A DNA stretch of 63,699 bases, counting the filler, from Folioceros fuciformis (Eukaryota), in the NCBI GenBank assembly GCA_049999805.1. It is 7 parts of 6 records of this genome, joined end to end, with 100 filler letters (N's around TTAATTAATTAA, not from the genome) between each part and the next. Parts side by side here need not be neighbours in the genome. Positions count along the whole stretch, not along the records: positions 28,070 to 55,173 come from JBNGIO010005440.1; 6 more parts are not named here. One strand, 5' to 3'. The translations under genes and the position numbers were made by a program. Positions 36,920 through 49,224 of this stretch are shown piece by piece. The first letter of the stretch is position 1. The number at the start of each line of letters is the position of its first letter. Below the pieces are notes generated by a model that saw nothing but the letters and a program-made list of their open reading frames with translations, did not search any database and was not told where the DNA came from.

Positions 36920-38862
36920 TCAGTCACACAGCATCAGCGACGTCATGTCATCCAGGATTGCCTGCTCGGTAGTACACCCGGATAACGGCGGCATCTGATG
37001 TGGGTCCCTTCCAGCATCCAACAGGAACTCTCCAGTGCTGGAATCGGAGTCCGTGTCTACGCTAAACTGTACACGATTCCCGATGGACAACCTGGGCAGC
37101 TCGGAGCGAGTCGAAGTGGCCTGGAGCAGAGCGGCCACGCTCGCATACCGCGGTTGCGGGTGCAGGACAGGCGGGGCTGCTGCGCGGCGACCGTGGGAGC
37201 AGGTGTGCACCGCCTTGTAGACGACATTGAAGACGGATGAATCCTGGTCGTTCCGTTGCACGTACTTCCGGGCTTTGCAGGTCAGTTTGGTGCCTCCGGC
37301 CGCTGGCGAATCGTCCGGCTGGTTGCACCTGTAGTACCCCCTGCGCAGATATTGGAGCGGATGTGACTCTTTTTCTTCCACATTTGGGAATTCGCATGAA
37401 ACAGGAGTAGGATTTTGGGTTTGTCACCTTTCGTGCACAGAATTGCGGATACTCTTCTGCCCGTACTTCCTCCAGGTGAAGCCGTCGTCAGGAATGTCTC
37501 TCTCTGGATCGGCGCCATGCTGCAAAGTCATTCGTCGCGTTTCTCCCAGCGGGTTGTACCTTTTGGATTGTGTTGCCGTCGTCCTGCATTTGTGGCAACA
37601 AGGATTTACCTTCTGAGTGCCAGAGCGTTGAGGAAAGTCCAGGGATGCGTTGTTGTGCTTTCTCACCTGGCGCGGGGTCGTTGCTGGCGTATTGTTCGCT
37701 GCTCCTGCTCTTGCTTCACCTCCCGTCTGGCTTTGTCGGGGCTGTCTTTGGTCATGTCGGTCTGGGCAGGCACCTCGGAGGAGGTGTCGAGCGAGGATCT
37801 GGAGGGCTGCGAGGTAGTGGAGAAAAAGTTGGAGATCATGTACCCAATGTCGTCCACTGAGTCGGGCCCGGCGGGTTGGTGCCATGCTCTGTTGACAGCC
37901 ATTGCGGAAGAGCCAACGACGTCGGATGCGATTATGCTGGAAGGCACGAGTGGCAGGATATCGCAGTTGGGGGTGGCCATGGACCGGCTGCCCCTGTAGG
38001 CGGTGTAGATGGTGGGAGTGAGCCGGTCGGGAAGATCCTGCCAGGCGTGGTCGATGGCCGTGGCCCGGTACGCATTCGGGCGCGTAGGGACCTGTAGGGG
38101 CGCCAACGGTGTGCGTGGCCTCACCTTGGATGGCAAGCTCTTGGGTACCTGTTCCTGTGTTGAGGAGACGGCAGTTTCGTAGCCCCCTGTCTGCTGGCCT
38201 TGCTGCACCAGCGAGTCGGCCTCCCAGCCTGTGCCTGAGAAGGCACCCAATTCGGCGGCGAAGCCCGGCAAGGGCAGTTGCGGGGACGGGACCATAAGGC
38301 CTCTCACTTCCTGGAGGCATTCCAGTGCCATGGTGCAGAAATCTATGGAAGTGTCGAGTTTGGTTTGCACATTGGGCATGAGCGCGGGCGATATCAGGGG
38401 GACGGGCCCCAGCCCGGCGTTGTAGACGAAGATCTGCCAGAGCGCCTCCTGGTGTAGGATGGACAACTCCACCGCCGTCTTGGCCTCCTCTACCAGTTTC
38501 CCCAGCCTCTGCTCCTGCAACCACGGCCCTGGGGTTCCTCCTGCTACTCCTCCTGATCCACCTCCCGCCACTCCTCCTGGTCCACGTCCCGCTACTCCTC
38601 CTGGTCCACCTCCCGCTACTCCTCCTGGTCCACCTCCCGCTACTCCTCCTGACCCATCTCCTGATAACAGTACTCCTCCTCGCCCAGCGTCTGCTACTCC
38701 ACCTCCTCCAGCTGTCACAGTGCTTGCAACATGACCCCCTCCCGTATTCTGTTCTGCCCCCCGATTGAACCAAGCCCTCAGGCCCTGATCCCAGTCGGGT
38801 AGTTGGTCGTCTTGTATCCCTGGGCCAGCAGCAGTAGCCGAGCTCTCGCCGGTCCTGTCCAT
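36920..38862 (-). CDS. WRKY transcription factor, group III-like (C2HC finger)
   Basis: DDGFTWRKYGQKSIRNSVHER|GYYRC-x15-C-x23-HTC with the R-type intron before YYRC. The long first exon is Gly-rich and Ser/Pro-rich. Confidence 0.9.
38535..38655. repeat. 24-bp coding tandem repeat (GGGPGGVA-type units) in the WRKY N-terminus
   Basis: About 5 copies of GCTACTCCTCCTGGTCCACCTCCC with variants. Confidence 0.85.
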
Positions 38863-39879
38863 CAGGCCTGGTCCAGGTTGAAGTGCCTCCGCGCACTTGT
38901 CCAGGCGCTGATGGACGCCAATCCTCCCAGGGCCGACAAGGTCCGCCCACCGCACAGCGGCGGCTCCAACATTCCAAGACCCGAGAATTCCAGCAGCAGG
39001 CAAGGGAAGGCAAGCCAGCTTGCCAAGAATTCTCTCCCGCTCTCAGGCAGCTTGGCTATGCTTCATTCCTCACATCCAAGAGCGCGCCAGGCTGAGAAGC
39101 AGAACGCGCGGGCTGTGTCAAGTCCTCATTCTCCTCTCCCCGTCGTTTGCTGGATGCATCTCTGTCTTGTGTCTCTTAAGCAATCGCGACAGCCCGACCC
39201 CGCATTGCTTTCAACTCTCTACCCAGTAGTCCCATCAGTCAAACACACACACAGCGACAGACAGCTAAAGAGGGAACGGGTGATCTATGCGGAGCGTCAA
39301 ATGCAGTGCAAGCATTGGACCCTGTCGACTGGGACTGGCTGGCCTTGAGGAAACGTATTCTCGTTACATTCCCTGCGAGCGAGCATCCGCACGCAGTCGA
39401 CGCGGTCCCTTGACGGGTCCTCTCCTCCTCCCCTTGCTTCAGATTTGTCGGTTTGGGACACCCAGGACTCGACAAAAAGTGGCTGCTTGCCACCGTCTCT
39501 TTCTCTGTCTTGTCCCTGCGTTTCTGATCACGTTTCATACAGCCTTACGCCGCGGGGTCTCCCCCCAGGTCAAACTTGGCTTAAAGCCGGTCAAGGTGCA
39601 TACATGGGCCATTCACATAGAGCACGCGGATCTGAAAATCTCGTGCTTCTACACACCACGTGCTCTTTTCCAACCATACCCCGTGTAAGATGGGATTCAA
39701 CACACTTCTGAAATCGCATGTGTATCATTGTATCTTACGCTCACTACATACATACACATATGTATGTATGCACATTGTATGTATGTCATTTAGTCGTTGC
39801 TATGTGTGAATCCCATGATGAAAAGTCGTCCCTGTAGAAATTCTGTTTCGTCTAGTTCTCCTTCGGCCCACCGTTGTGC

Positions 39880-40020
39880 GAGGCCGAGGCCGAGGCAGGG
39901 CAGGGCAGGACAGGACAGGACAGACGCGGCAAGACAAGGCAGGACACGACAGAGCATGGCAGGTCAGGTCAGGTCAGGGGACGACAGAACAGGGCAGGGC
40001 AGAGCAGGGGAGGGCAGGGC
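39880..40020. repeat. Degenerate pentanucleotide low-complexity repeat (CAGGG/CAGGA/CAGGT)
   Basis: Runs such as GCAGGGCAGGGCAGGACAGGACAGGA and CAGGTCAGGTCAGGTCAGG upstream of the WRKY gene. Confidence 0.8.
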
Positions 40021-40679
40021 TGTTTTCAGTCCACACTGAACTGTGGGGCCCCGTGTGGCTTCTGGTTTCTCGTCCCATTATGTGAACGAATCGCGCGGAT
40101 TGCTGGGCCCGCGTCTGTTGACGCGGACTACCATCTCCAACTACCCATCGGCAATCTGGCCTCAAATCATGGAACACTGCACGTCACCACTCCGTCAGAA
40201 CGTTTTCCAACTTCCGACATCTCCACCTGTTCCCAGTTCATTCAAATCCGACTTCCTGCCTTCCTCCTTTATAGCTAAAGTGTACGGTCGAAAGGATGCC
40301 GTACTCCTGATACAGAATCAGGGGGAAGGGAAGAGGCTTAGCTTCCAAGAAACTCATCAATGCTGGCACACCACCACGATGTCGTATGCGTTGAGCTGGC
40401 GAGCCAGCAGGTGAGCAACGAGTGCCAAGCCCTGCACGAGGAGGAAGTTGGCCCGCCATTTTCTCCAAGATTGTCCTTGAAAGACGTAGGCTCCTAGGAG
40501 CCGGAATCCGTGTTGGATCGTCATACAAAATCCATCTCGTTTCACGACGTGAAGAAGAATATCAGAAGGTAACAAGCACCTGAGCTTGCGAGGAGAGCTG
40601 AACTGTGAGACATCGCTAGCTGATAAGAATATGCAAAGGAGTACCTCGAGATGCCTCACCGTGCCGCACACACCTGTCA

Positions 40680-41322
40680 TTATGTCGTGTAGTCCGAATT
40701 TATTCCGAAAACCCGGACTCGGGGAACTGTGCTTTGCTTACACCATGATAAATGGATACTGCAATGGTGTTAGGGATGAGCCAAAGAATCCTGTTGTCTA
40801 TGGCGTGAGAGGTTATCAAGTAGCTGCACAGGAGGAGGTCACAAGGGCAGAGACGGTGAGGCACACGGTCACAAATTCAGTCAAGCTGAGGCTGAGCCCT
40901 TGCAAACAACATGCAGTTGGTGAGGGTGACTTACAGAACAACAGGCACCACAGTCAGAAACTTCCTGTTGCGTGTTAACGGCCTCCCATCATCTGCTTGC
41001 TCCTACCATGTGAGCATGCTGTACACCCCCGGGTCTTCTGCAAAGGGCGTGCCCTCCTTCCAGTGTAAACATCGGTTTGTCACCTGATCATCGGCAACGC
41101 AATCGACATAACGCAAGGCTCAGCTAGGGCAGCGCTGCAAGCAGTCACGGGAGGGCCTCTCACCGTGGCGTGGTTGAGGTTAACAATGCTCCAGGCTGCG
41201 CCTATATCCACACTGAGCACTGAGAAGATGATGGATGAGCCAGGAGACGAACATAATAATGATGTGCGTGGTCCACACGCTGGGGTACAGAAACCAGAGC
41301 ATCCTGCCTCGTTTCCAGCCTG
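40680..41322 (-). pseudogene. Inverted, intron-retaining pseudocopy of the ORM gene at 44453-45204
   Basis: The reverse complement aligns to all three ORM exons and both introns. It lacks the ATG region, has a ~60-bp deletion (equivalent to ~44501-44562) and carries frameshifting indels. Confidence 0.9.
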
Positions 41323-42735
41323 TGCACAATTCCCGTGTATGTCATGCTCGTCCACGAATTTCCACTCGTGCACTCTACGTTCTCCCTACCGAGTGAAGAG
41401 TCCATACTTTGAAGAACCTAACCCTGGGCATCTTCACGGGACTGTATTTTATCGTCCAGTTGAACACGGCGAGACTCTGAGTGAAGGTCTCTTGAGCAAC
41501 AGTTGTTCTGTTTCCTTTGTCCGTCTCCAGACGCCCTCATGTATGAAGAGCGGGCGCTTTACCACGACCTGACCGTGTTGATGGAGCTGCAATGAATTTC
41601 AAGAGCAACGGATTTCTTTTGCGAGGATGCAACAACTCCACGAGGGAGGAAGTGCACCAGCATACCCACCCCGGCACCGTGTCGTTCTTCAAGTCCGTTC
41701 CATGCTCTGAAATCCATTGTTCCACCAGCACCCCTGAAAATGCTGGTATTTCAGTTGCTGCATGAGAGGAGGAAGCGTGATCCGCAGACTATTTCCTGAT
41801 AGGGATAAGCTGGTTGTTTGTGAGATCCGCAAGTCGTCAATGCACGTGTAGCGCAGGAAAAATCGGGCACAACACTGACGTGCAGGAGTGACATGGGACG
41901 ATACATAAGGTGCAGGCGTAATCTGGCAGGAGGTGAGAGGAAGATCGTCTTGTGTAGGCAGCTCAACGAACAGTCCTGGTTAACTTTTGTTTCGTTAAGG
42001 GATCAAAGCGCCGCTGTGATTCCGAGAAATCCATGAAAGGATCTCGCGTCCGTATGTGCCCACGGACGGGCCAACTGGCAGGAAGCCATCACCAGCCAAG
42101 CCAAAAGTGAACACTGAGATCGGTGCATGCGATGACGTCCTAAAATACTGCTACCAACAAATGACATCAGGGCGAGCAGCCCCACACTACAAACTGAGGC
42201 TCAGTCAGAGAGTGCAGAAAGGAGAAAGGGTAAACTCTGCATCCTTTGGCGGTCTACGTTCAGCATGGGCTGGGGTTGACCGGATCATCCGTCGATTCCA
42301 TTTCAGTCATAGCGATGTAGAAAGCAAGAGCATGAACTCTTCAACCTTTACCGGCTTGATTTGACCATAGACAGGCCCTTTTGCGGAGAGTGTGGAGTGA
42401 CAGTAGAGAATTGCCCTACACCTGGAAGCTGCAAGGGCGGGGCGAGCCCGGGAACTCTCGCCTGCCCAAGGCACTCCAGCAGCCTCAGAACAGGTTCACA
42501 GTCCCTGGAGAATCTGTCCCACCATGGGCAGCTGAGTTAGCAGGCTCGGTCCTTCTCCTCTAGGACAGCGGTGACAGTCGCATCCAGGCGAACCACAGGG
42601 GCACCATCTGGAGAATGCTCCCAAGGCACGCTGCCCCATTTGCCCATGACGCTCGTGTGAGGGAAGACACAGCCAGTCCCAGAGTTCCAGCGAGTGAGGA
42701 GTGGGGGTATTGAGTGTTGGCTACTTCTTCATTAT

Positions 42736-44290
42736 TCATCGGCCCACCCTCACAACTGCAATAACCAGCTGCAAATCGATGCACACGGTACCCGTCCCTC
42801 ACAATAATATCTTTGTTCAGGCATTGGCATGATCTCCGTAGAACTGTGACAGCCAGAGCACATGCGTTGATTCCTCGTTGCCACCAAAGGTGTCCCACGT
42901 GGAGTGTTCCAGAGACCACACGGTGGAGCTAGCTTCTCAACATGCCTGCAAAGCTCATCTTCGTTCCCTTTCTCACACACTGGCTTCAACACCAACTCCG
43001 TGTGAGGTACGTAGCCTCCATCTTGCTTCAGGCGTGCATTTCTGTCTATCTTCAGCGCAATATCCTCCCCCATTTCTCCCATCAGAAATTGATGTGCCTC
43101 CGTATTCACTTCGAAGGTCGCCATTGCAGGTTTCTTCTTAGCTCCTGCTACTCTTCTCTGTGGTCCAATCCTGGCAACGTCGGTCCACCTAACTACGTCT
43201 TCATGGGCATTGATCACTGGCACACAGGCAGCCATTTCCTGGGCGTCCAGCGTAACAAGAATTTCAAAACAAGATATCGCCCTATCTACATTCCAGTGAC
43301 TTTGCCAGGATTCAACGAAGATTCATAACTCCCACAACGCTCTCATGATAGTGGAATCCTGTCTGCCTCATCTGAATCGCCAGCACGCCCAGGAAAATCA
43401 ATCAGGCAGGCTGATGCTCGGTAGTAGGTTTCATGCCGCGCTATTCAGCCATGGAATCAAAGTGCTTGCGACCTTCGTGAACCAGTCCCCATGACTGCAT
43501 GCTACAACAAGGCGAGTCAAAGTAGCATCGATAGGATGAACACCGACAACTAACATCTCCTCAAAACAAGCTAGTGCCTTGTAACCACCATCACAAGCCC
43601 CTTACCCAGATATGAGGGGAGTCCACGTCACCACATCCTCAGTGACCATGCTGTCAAGCATCTTCCAGTTCACCACATTCATACTACCTGTCCACTAGGC
43701 AGTTGCCCAACACTACGTCGTCCAGTAGTCCTCTTTCCGATATCTGTGAGTGGAGCTGCCTGCGCTTCTGTAAGGCACCAATGCTGGCAGGAGCCTTCAG
43801 AAGGCCAGCAAAGGTAACATCGCTAGCCCAAAGCGGGCCCAGACCCAACAAGAGACTCCTGGGTCAGGTCCTTGCTGTGCGTACCCGGCGCTGTCCATGT
43901 CGCCAGGGTTCGGAGGTGCACGGACGACACAAGGCCGCTCACAAACACGTCCCCTCGGTATGCCCTAACCTACAGCCTTCACAGGAGCCAGGCCAGGGAC
44001 TGACCTGGACGGTGAATGCCAAAGCCAACAAAGGTGCTGGACAGCAGGCGCATGGGCTGTGCTCAGAGCCTGGAAAAATGCTACAGAACGGCAAGGCTGT
44101 CCCGCATCAGGAGGACCTAGCATTTGCACCTGCTCCTGGACCTGCAGAGGAGAATGTAGCATGGGCTCCTGCAACCTTCTTCCAGGCATGGTCACTCCTA
44201 ACTTCGAGCTGCCAAGGTCAGCTGATGAAGAAGGAAGCACGACCATGTTGCCCGACGTCGCCGGGCCCAAACAGGTAGCAGTCGTAGACA
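42736..44290 (-). pseudogene. PLS-class PPR gene with a DYW:KP (GRP-like) deaminase domain, disrupted
   Basis: PPR remnants DVTFAGLLKA..SIGAL...QLHSQISERGL..DVVLGNCLVD* and DVVTWTPLISG*. Then KKKPAMATFEVN, GYVPHTELVL, LCRHVEKLA, RMCSGCH and a frameshifted IIVRDGYRVHRF..CSCEGGP. Confidence 0.88.
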
Positions 44291-44452
44291 ACGCCGTACG
44301 TCACCCGTAAGTTGCGAAGAAAAGAGCCAAGTGCAATAAATTTGACCTAATTCGAACTCGAGTCAGATGCGAGTTCCAGCAGCTGCAGGGGCTAGTTTTC
44401 TAAGAGCGGGTGCGGTCAGGAAATTTGCGCAAGGATTTGCATTCGGAAGATC

Positions 44453-45204
44453 ATGGAAGACCGGAGCATATTGCAGAGGCTGGGAACGAGGCAGGATGCT
44501 TTGGTGGTGGGAAATCTGTACGTGAAGGCGGTGCCTCCACCTGATTTGAATAAGAACACCTCCTGGTTTCTGTACCCCGGCGTGTGGACCACGTACATCA
44601 TCATTATCTTCGTTTCCTGGCTGATCATCTTCGCAGTGTTCAGTGTGGAGGCAGGCACTGCCTGGAGCATTGTTAACCTCATCCACGCTACGGTGAGTGA
44701 CCCTCCAGGGACTCCTTGCCCTAGTGCCATTTCCGCATGCCCTAGCTAAGCCTTGCGTTGCGTTGTGTTACCCTGTGTGACGTGATGATCAGGTGACGTA
44801 CCGATTTTTCCATTGGAAGAAGGGCACGCCTTTTGCGGAAGACCAGGGGGAGTACAGCATGCTCACATGGTGGGAGCAAGTAGATGATGGGAGGCAGTTA
44901 ACACGCAACAGAAAGTTTCTGACTGTGGTCCCTGTTGTTCTGTAAGCTCTCCTCACCCACTGTATGTCGTTTGCAAGGACTCAGCTTTAGCTTGAATGGA
45001 TTTCTGAGAGCTTGTCATGGTACCTGACCTTGTGCCTGCCCTTCTGCCCTCGTGTGTAGGTACTTGATGGCATCTCATACTACAGACTACAGGATGCCCT
45101 GGCTCATCCCTAACACCATTGCAGTATTCGTGATGGTGGTAGCGAAGTTTCCCAATATGCACCGAGTCCGGATTTTTGGAATAAATTCTGACTACCCAAC
45201 ATGA
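44453..45204 (+). CDS. ORM: ORMDL/ORM serine palmitoyltransferase regulator (3 exons)
   Basis: NLYVKAVPPPDLNKNTSWFLYPGVWTTY, AWSIVNLIH, FFHWKKGTPFAEDQG, LTWWEQVD, TRNRKFLTVVP, AKFPNMHRVRIFGIN. Confidence 0.95.
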
Positions 45205-46121
45205 TGTGCAACAGATCGCAGGTGTTTGCTGCGCCGTTCTGGCCAACGGTATCTTAGTATATGGCTGTAAAAAATGTTTATGCCCTCCAGATTCGTGATT
45301 TTAGATTATGCAGACTCTGGTTCTCTCCTGTCCTGCTCAGCAAGAGGTCATTATGTAAGTGTCAAAGTGTTGTGTGTGGTATCGGCGCTGATTCATCTTC
45401 GGATTCGCAAGGCAATGGATACTTCTGGGGCCATGGAAACAATAGCTGAGTTATTTTGTACAGTGATTCCTTAGGTAACCGAACCACATTTACCTGGAAT
45501 GAGACCCTTTGTAACTCCTAGTGATGTTTGTCGACGCAGACTTTCTTTCTTAAATTGTTCTTCGTCCTCACGACCACTGTCAACAAACGTCCCTGGTTTG
45601 TGAGGAATTCCTGTCAGTTTGAGAGCCAGAGGAATTCCGGTGCCAATCCCCAACTGGGGAACAACCTGGAACGCTGGTGCTCAGGGTGATGTCGTGGATG
45701 GACATTGGCCAGCTGTGTAAACCTTCTCTAACATTTGTTTCTCTGTGGAGGAATTTTGACAGGCCACTTCCCCTCACATCCGAACTCAAGTCGCAGGAGG
45801 GGGATGACTAATACTTGGTTCCGTCCAGTTTTGAAGTGGATATGGGCAAGTAACCCGTGATACGATGAGAGTACGAGAAGGCAGGCGGCTGCCATCTGAG
45901 GGCGTGCATATCAAAGCCGAGTCGATGACATGCCACTTACTCCGTTTCCTTTTTTTTTAACCCGTCTAGGTACTACCTCGATAAAAAAATGCGTCACGAG
46001 TGGGTGCGCTATGTCGTTGGTCTGGGACAGGTTTCGTGCTCGTTACGCTAGCAGATTCACACGTATTATAAGACATGTCGAATCGTCGTCTTCCTCGGAA
46101 CTGGAACTGGAAGCCCTGGTG

Positions 46122-48200
46122 ATGGCGGCTCTGGCGCCTGCGGGCGTGGTGCCCTGCTCTAGCGGCTATGTCACATTCCGCGTGCGGCGAAGCTCGGGGT
46201 GGAATGCCAGACCCGGGCCCAGGCTGAGCCCGCTGCGCATGGCGCTTACGGAGGACGGTCCCAGCGTGGCCGTGGTGGGAGTTACGGGAGCTGTGGGGCA
46301 GGAATTTCTCAGCGTGCTCGCGGATCGCAACTTCCCTTACCGATCCCTCAAGCTTCTTGCGAGCAAGAGATCGGCTGGGAAGCACATTGAGTTCCAGGTC
46401 AGCTCCCTGTAGGGAAAGTGGAGGCGTGTGTGTAAAAGCTGAGCAGCGCTCAGTGGTGGTTCTCTCTGCAGGGACGCACGTACGAGGTGGAGGAGCTCGA
46501 GGAACAGAGCTTTCAGGGTATCGACATCGCCCTCTTCAGTGCCGGTGGATCTATAAGGTGAGGAGGAGTGTCTATGCGCGTCTGATTGTATGATTTTGTT
46601 GTGGCTGAGCACCCTCGCTTCTTCATTGCAGCAAGCACTTCGGTCCCCTGGCCGCTGAGAGCGGATCGGTTGTGGTGGATAACAGCTCGGCATTCCGGAT
46701 GCTGGACGATGTGCCGCTGATAGTTCCGGAGGTTGGCAGCTTCTGTTTCGCCTAACTGTTGATGTGTGTGTGTCTGTCTGCGTGCGTGTTGTCGGTTGTT
46801 CTGCGTTTTGATAGAATGTACGAGGATTCTCTCCTTTCATGCTGGTCTTAATGAGTTGTTGTTTGGATAGGTGAATGCTGATGCCATGGCTCATATCAGG
46901 TTGAGTAATAAGAAAGGCGCTCTGATTGCCAATCCTAACTGTTCGACGATTATATGCCTCATGGCCGCAACTCCTTTGCATCGGCGTGCCAAGGTTGTTT
47001 TGTAGTACCCTTTGCGACAGTGATGTGACGCATTGCTCTAGTTGGTGCGCGGTGCCATCTTAATAGCATTGCTTTATGGCTCGCAGGTCAAGAGAATGGT
47101 GGTGAGTACCTATCAGGCTGCTAGCGGAGCAGGTGCTGCGGCCATGGCAGAGCTTGAATTGCAGACACGAGAGGTCCGCTGAGCTTTTGCTTTCCGTGGC
47201 ATATCCCTTCTGTCCACCGATCTGTTCGGTCTGTACAAGATGCTGATATGTCGGTTACCGTGTATTGCAGGTGCTGGCAGGAAAGGAACCTACCTGTAAC
47301 ATCTTCTCTCGTCAGGTCAGTTCCTTACAACAGTGCCTAAAATGGGCTGCGGGGTCGAATTTTCTTTGGCGTCCCAGAATTGCCATCCAAGTGTCTCGAA
47401 ATAGCGTTTACGTGATGTGTTTCAGTATGCGTTCAACCTGTTTTCACACAACTCGGCAGTGACATCAAATGGCTACAACGAAGAGGAAATGAAGTTGGTG
47501 AAAGAGACGCGGAAAATCTGGGTAGCATGTCTCCCCGATCTCGTGTAGCAGTCTTTGGAGGTGTACTGTCTTTCATAGTTGGGCTCTAGTAATGTTTCAC
47601 GTATTGTTGTGCAGAACGATCCAGATGTCAGGGTGACAGCCACCTGTATAAGAGTGCCCGTGATGCGTGCTCATGCTGAGAGCATCAATTTGCAATTTGA
47701 GAGGCCGTTGGATGAGGTAATCCTCTGGGCCCCATGGTGATACAAATGCTTACAAACCTGTGGTTGCTTGGAGGACTCTTCCATGTAAAGTGGAACGCTC
47801 GCCATTAACAGGAAACCGCACGAGAGATACTGCACTCAGCACAGGGGGTCGTCGTCATTGATGACCGTAGTGCAAATAACTTTCCAACTCCCTTGGAGGT
47901 ACGCTTATTTTCTCTTCGTCCCATCGTTGCCGTGAATGTGCGCACAAGCTCAATAGTTGTGGCCTGGTGTTACAGGTGTCCAGTAAGGATGCTGTAGCTG
48001 TTGGAAGGATACGACATGACATATCACAAGAGGGAAACTATGGGTGAGTACTTGTGTGGGAGGTTTTTTTTTTCCCTCCATATTGATCTTCACGTACCTA
48101 ACTAGTGCATTCTTACAGGCTGGACTTGTTTGTGTGCGGTGACCAAATTCGCAAGGGGGCTGCTCTTAATGCAGTGCAAATTGCAGAGAAACTGCTGTAG
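46122..48200 (+). CDS. ASD: Plastid aspartate-semialdehyde dehydrogenase (multi-exon)
   Basis: Transit peptide, then [37 protein letters not shown] (catalytic Cys), [43 protein letters not shown]. Confidence 0.96.
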
Positions 48201-49224
48201 TGTGCAGCAGCCGAGGTTTTTGATTGAGTTAGCCTGTAGCAGCGGGCATCCTAACCTGGTGCCGCTTGAGCGTTGCAAGGTTTTGGCTGACGACGATAGC
48301 TTACTCATCCAAGCTGGCGGGATCCTGCGGGAAAGCGGATAACTGTTTTTTGGCTCCTTCGGGAAGAAACTCCCGAAGTTCTGTTCTTTTCTGGCTGGAT
48401 GTGGAGGTCTGGAAGAGCCCATAGTGAAGAGTGCACTGAATAAGCCGAAAGGAGGATTTCAGCTGCCGTCCCCAGACGTACCGTGCCCACTTCGAATCAT
48501 GGCTGTGTTTGCTGTTGCGTCTCCTGGTCCAATGTCCTGTGCCTTGGTCTAGGGGGACCACTTCGGTTGTTGTCNNNNNNNNNNNNNNNNNNNNNNNNNN
48601 NNNNNNNNNNNNNNNNNNNNNNNNNNNNNNNNNNNNNNNNNNNNNNNNNNNNNNNNNNNNNNNNNNNNNNNNNNCTTGAATGTAATATTTAAATATACGC
48701 TGCAGGCCAATGGGTGGCATCTTATTAACATGAGACGTCTGACCTCTCGAATACTGCATTTACGAATGTTGTAAAGGCCATCAACGAATGTCTAACAATT
48801 TAATCTATTTTGATAATCTATTTTCCACATACTTGCTAGTTGAGATACAGATAATCGAAAGGAGAATTATTTTAATCCAAAGACATTTTTCATCATGGGA
48901 CGTTTTTCCACTACGTAGCTGCTGATAATCGCTGCTGTATAATTTACAGAAGTGAGAAGCCCACAAAACACTCTTACCGATGAGTGTTATATACTTCCAA
49001 CGGAAAAGGAAGCTAACATGGAGAGATAGATGGATACGGGCAGGAAGGCACATGGCACACGTTTGTTAATCATGTGACACGAATGACCACAAGCTGCTGT
49101 CTGCGAGTCCAAATAAGCACCCTGCAGAGGTTCGATGCCGTGGCCCGAAGAATGTAACAATTGAAACACCTTCTTAGGTGTAAAGAAATGGGAAGCCATA
49201 TCAAAATTTTAGGCCAACAATGTG

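Noticed and set aside
37424..39013. 529-aa minus-strand ORF ending in WRKYGQK
   Set aside because: It is a shadow frame of the GC-rich WRKY exon 1. The real model splices the 37663-39003 frame into the WRKY exon at AG|GTGAG.
39745..39790. CATA/TATG inverted microsatellite hairpin as a miRNA precursor
   Set aside because: The self-complementarity comes from a simple repeat and is too short.
42380..42560. Possible NLR-type LRR remnant (VTVENCP..., SLENLS)
   Set aside because: It is too short and degenerate to support without a search.
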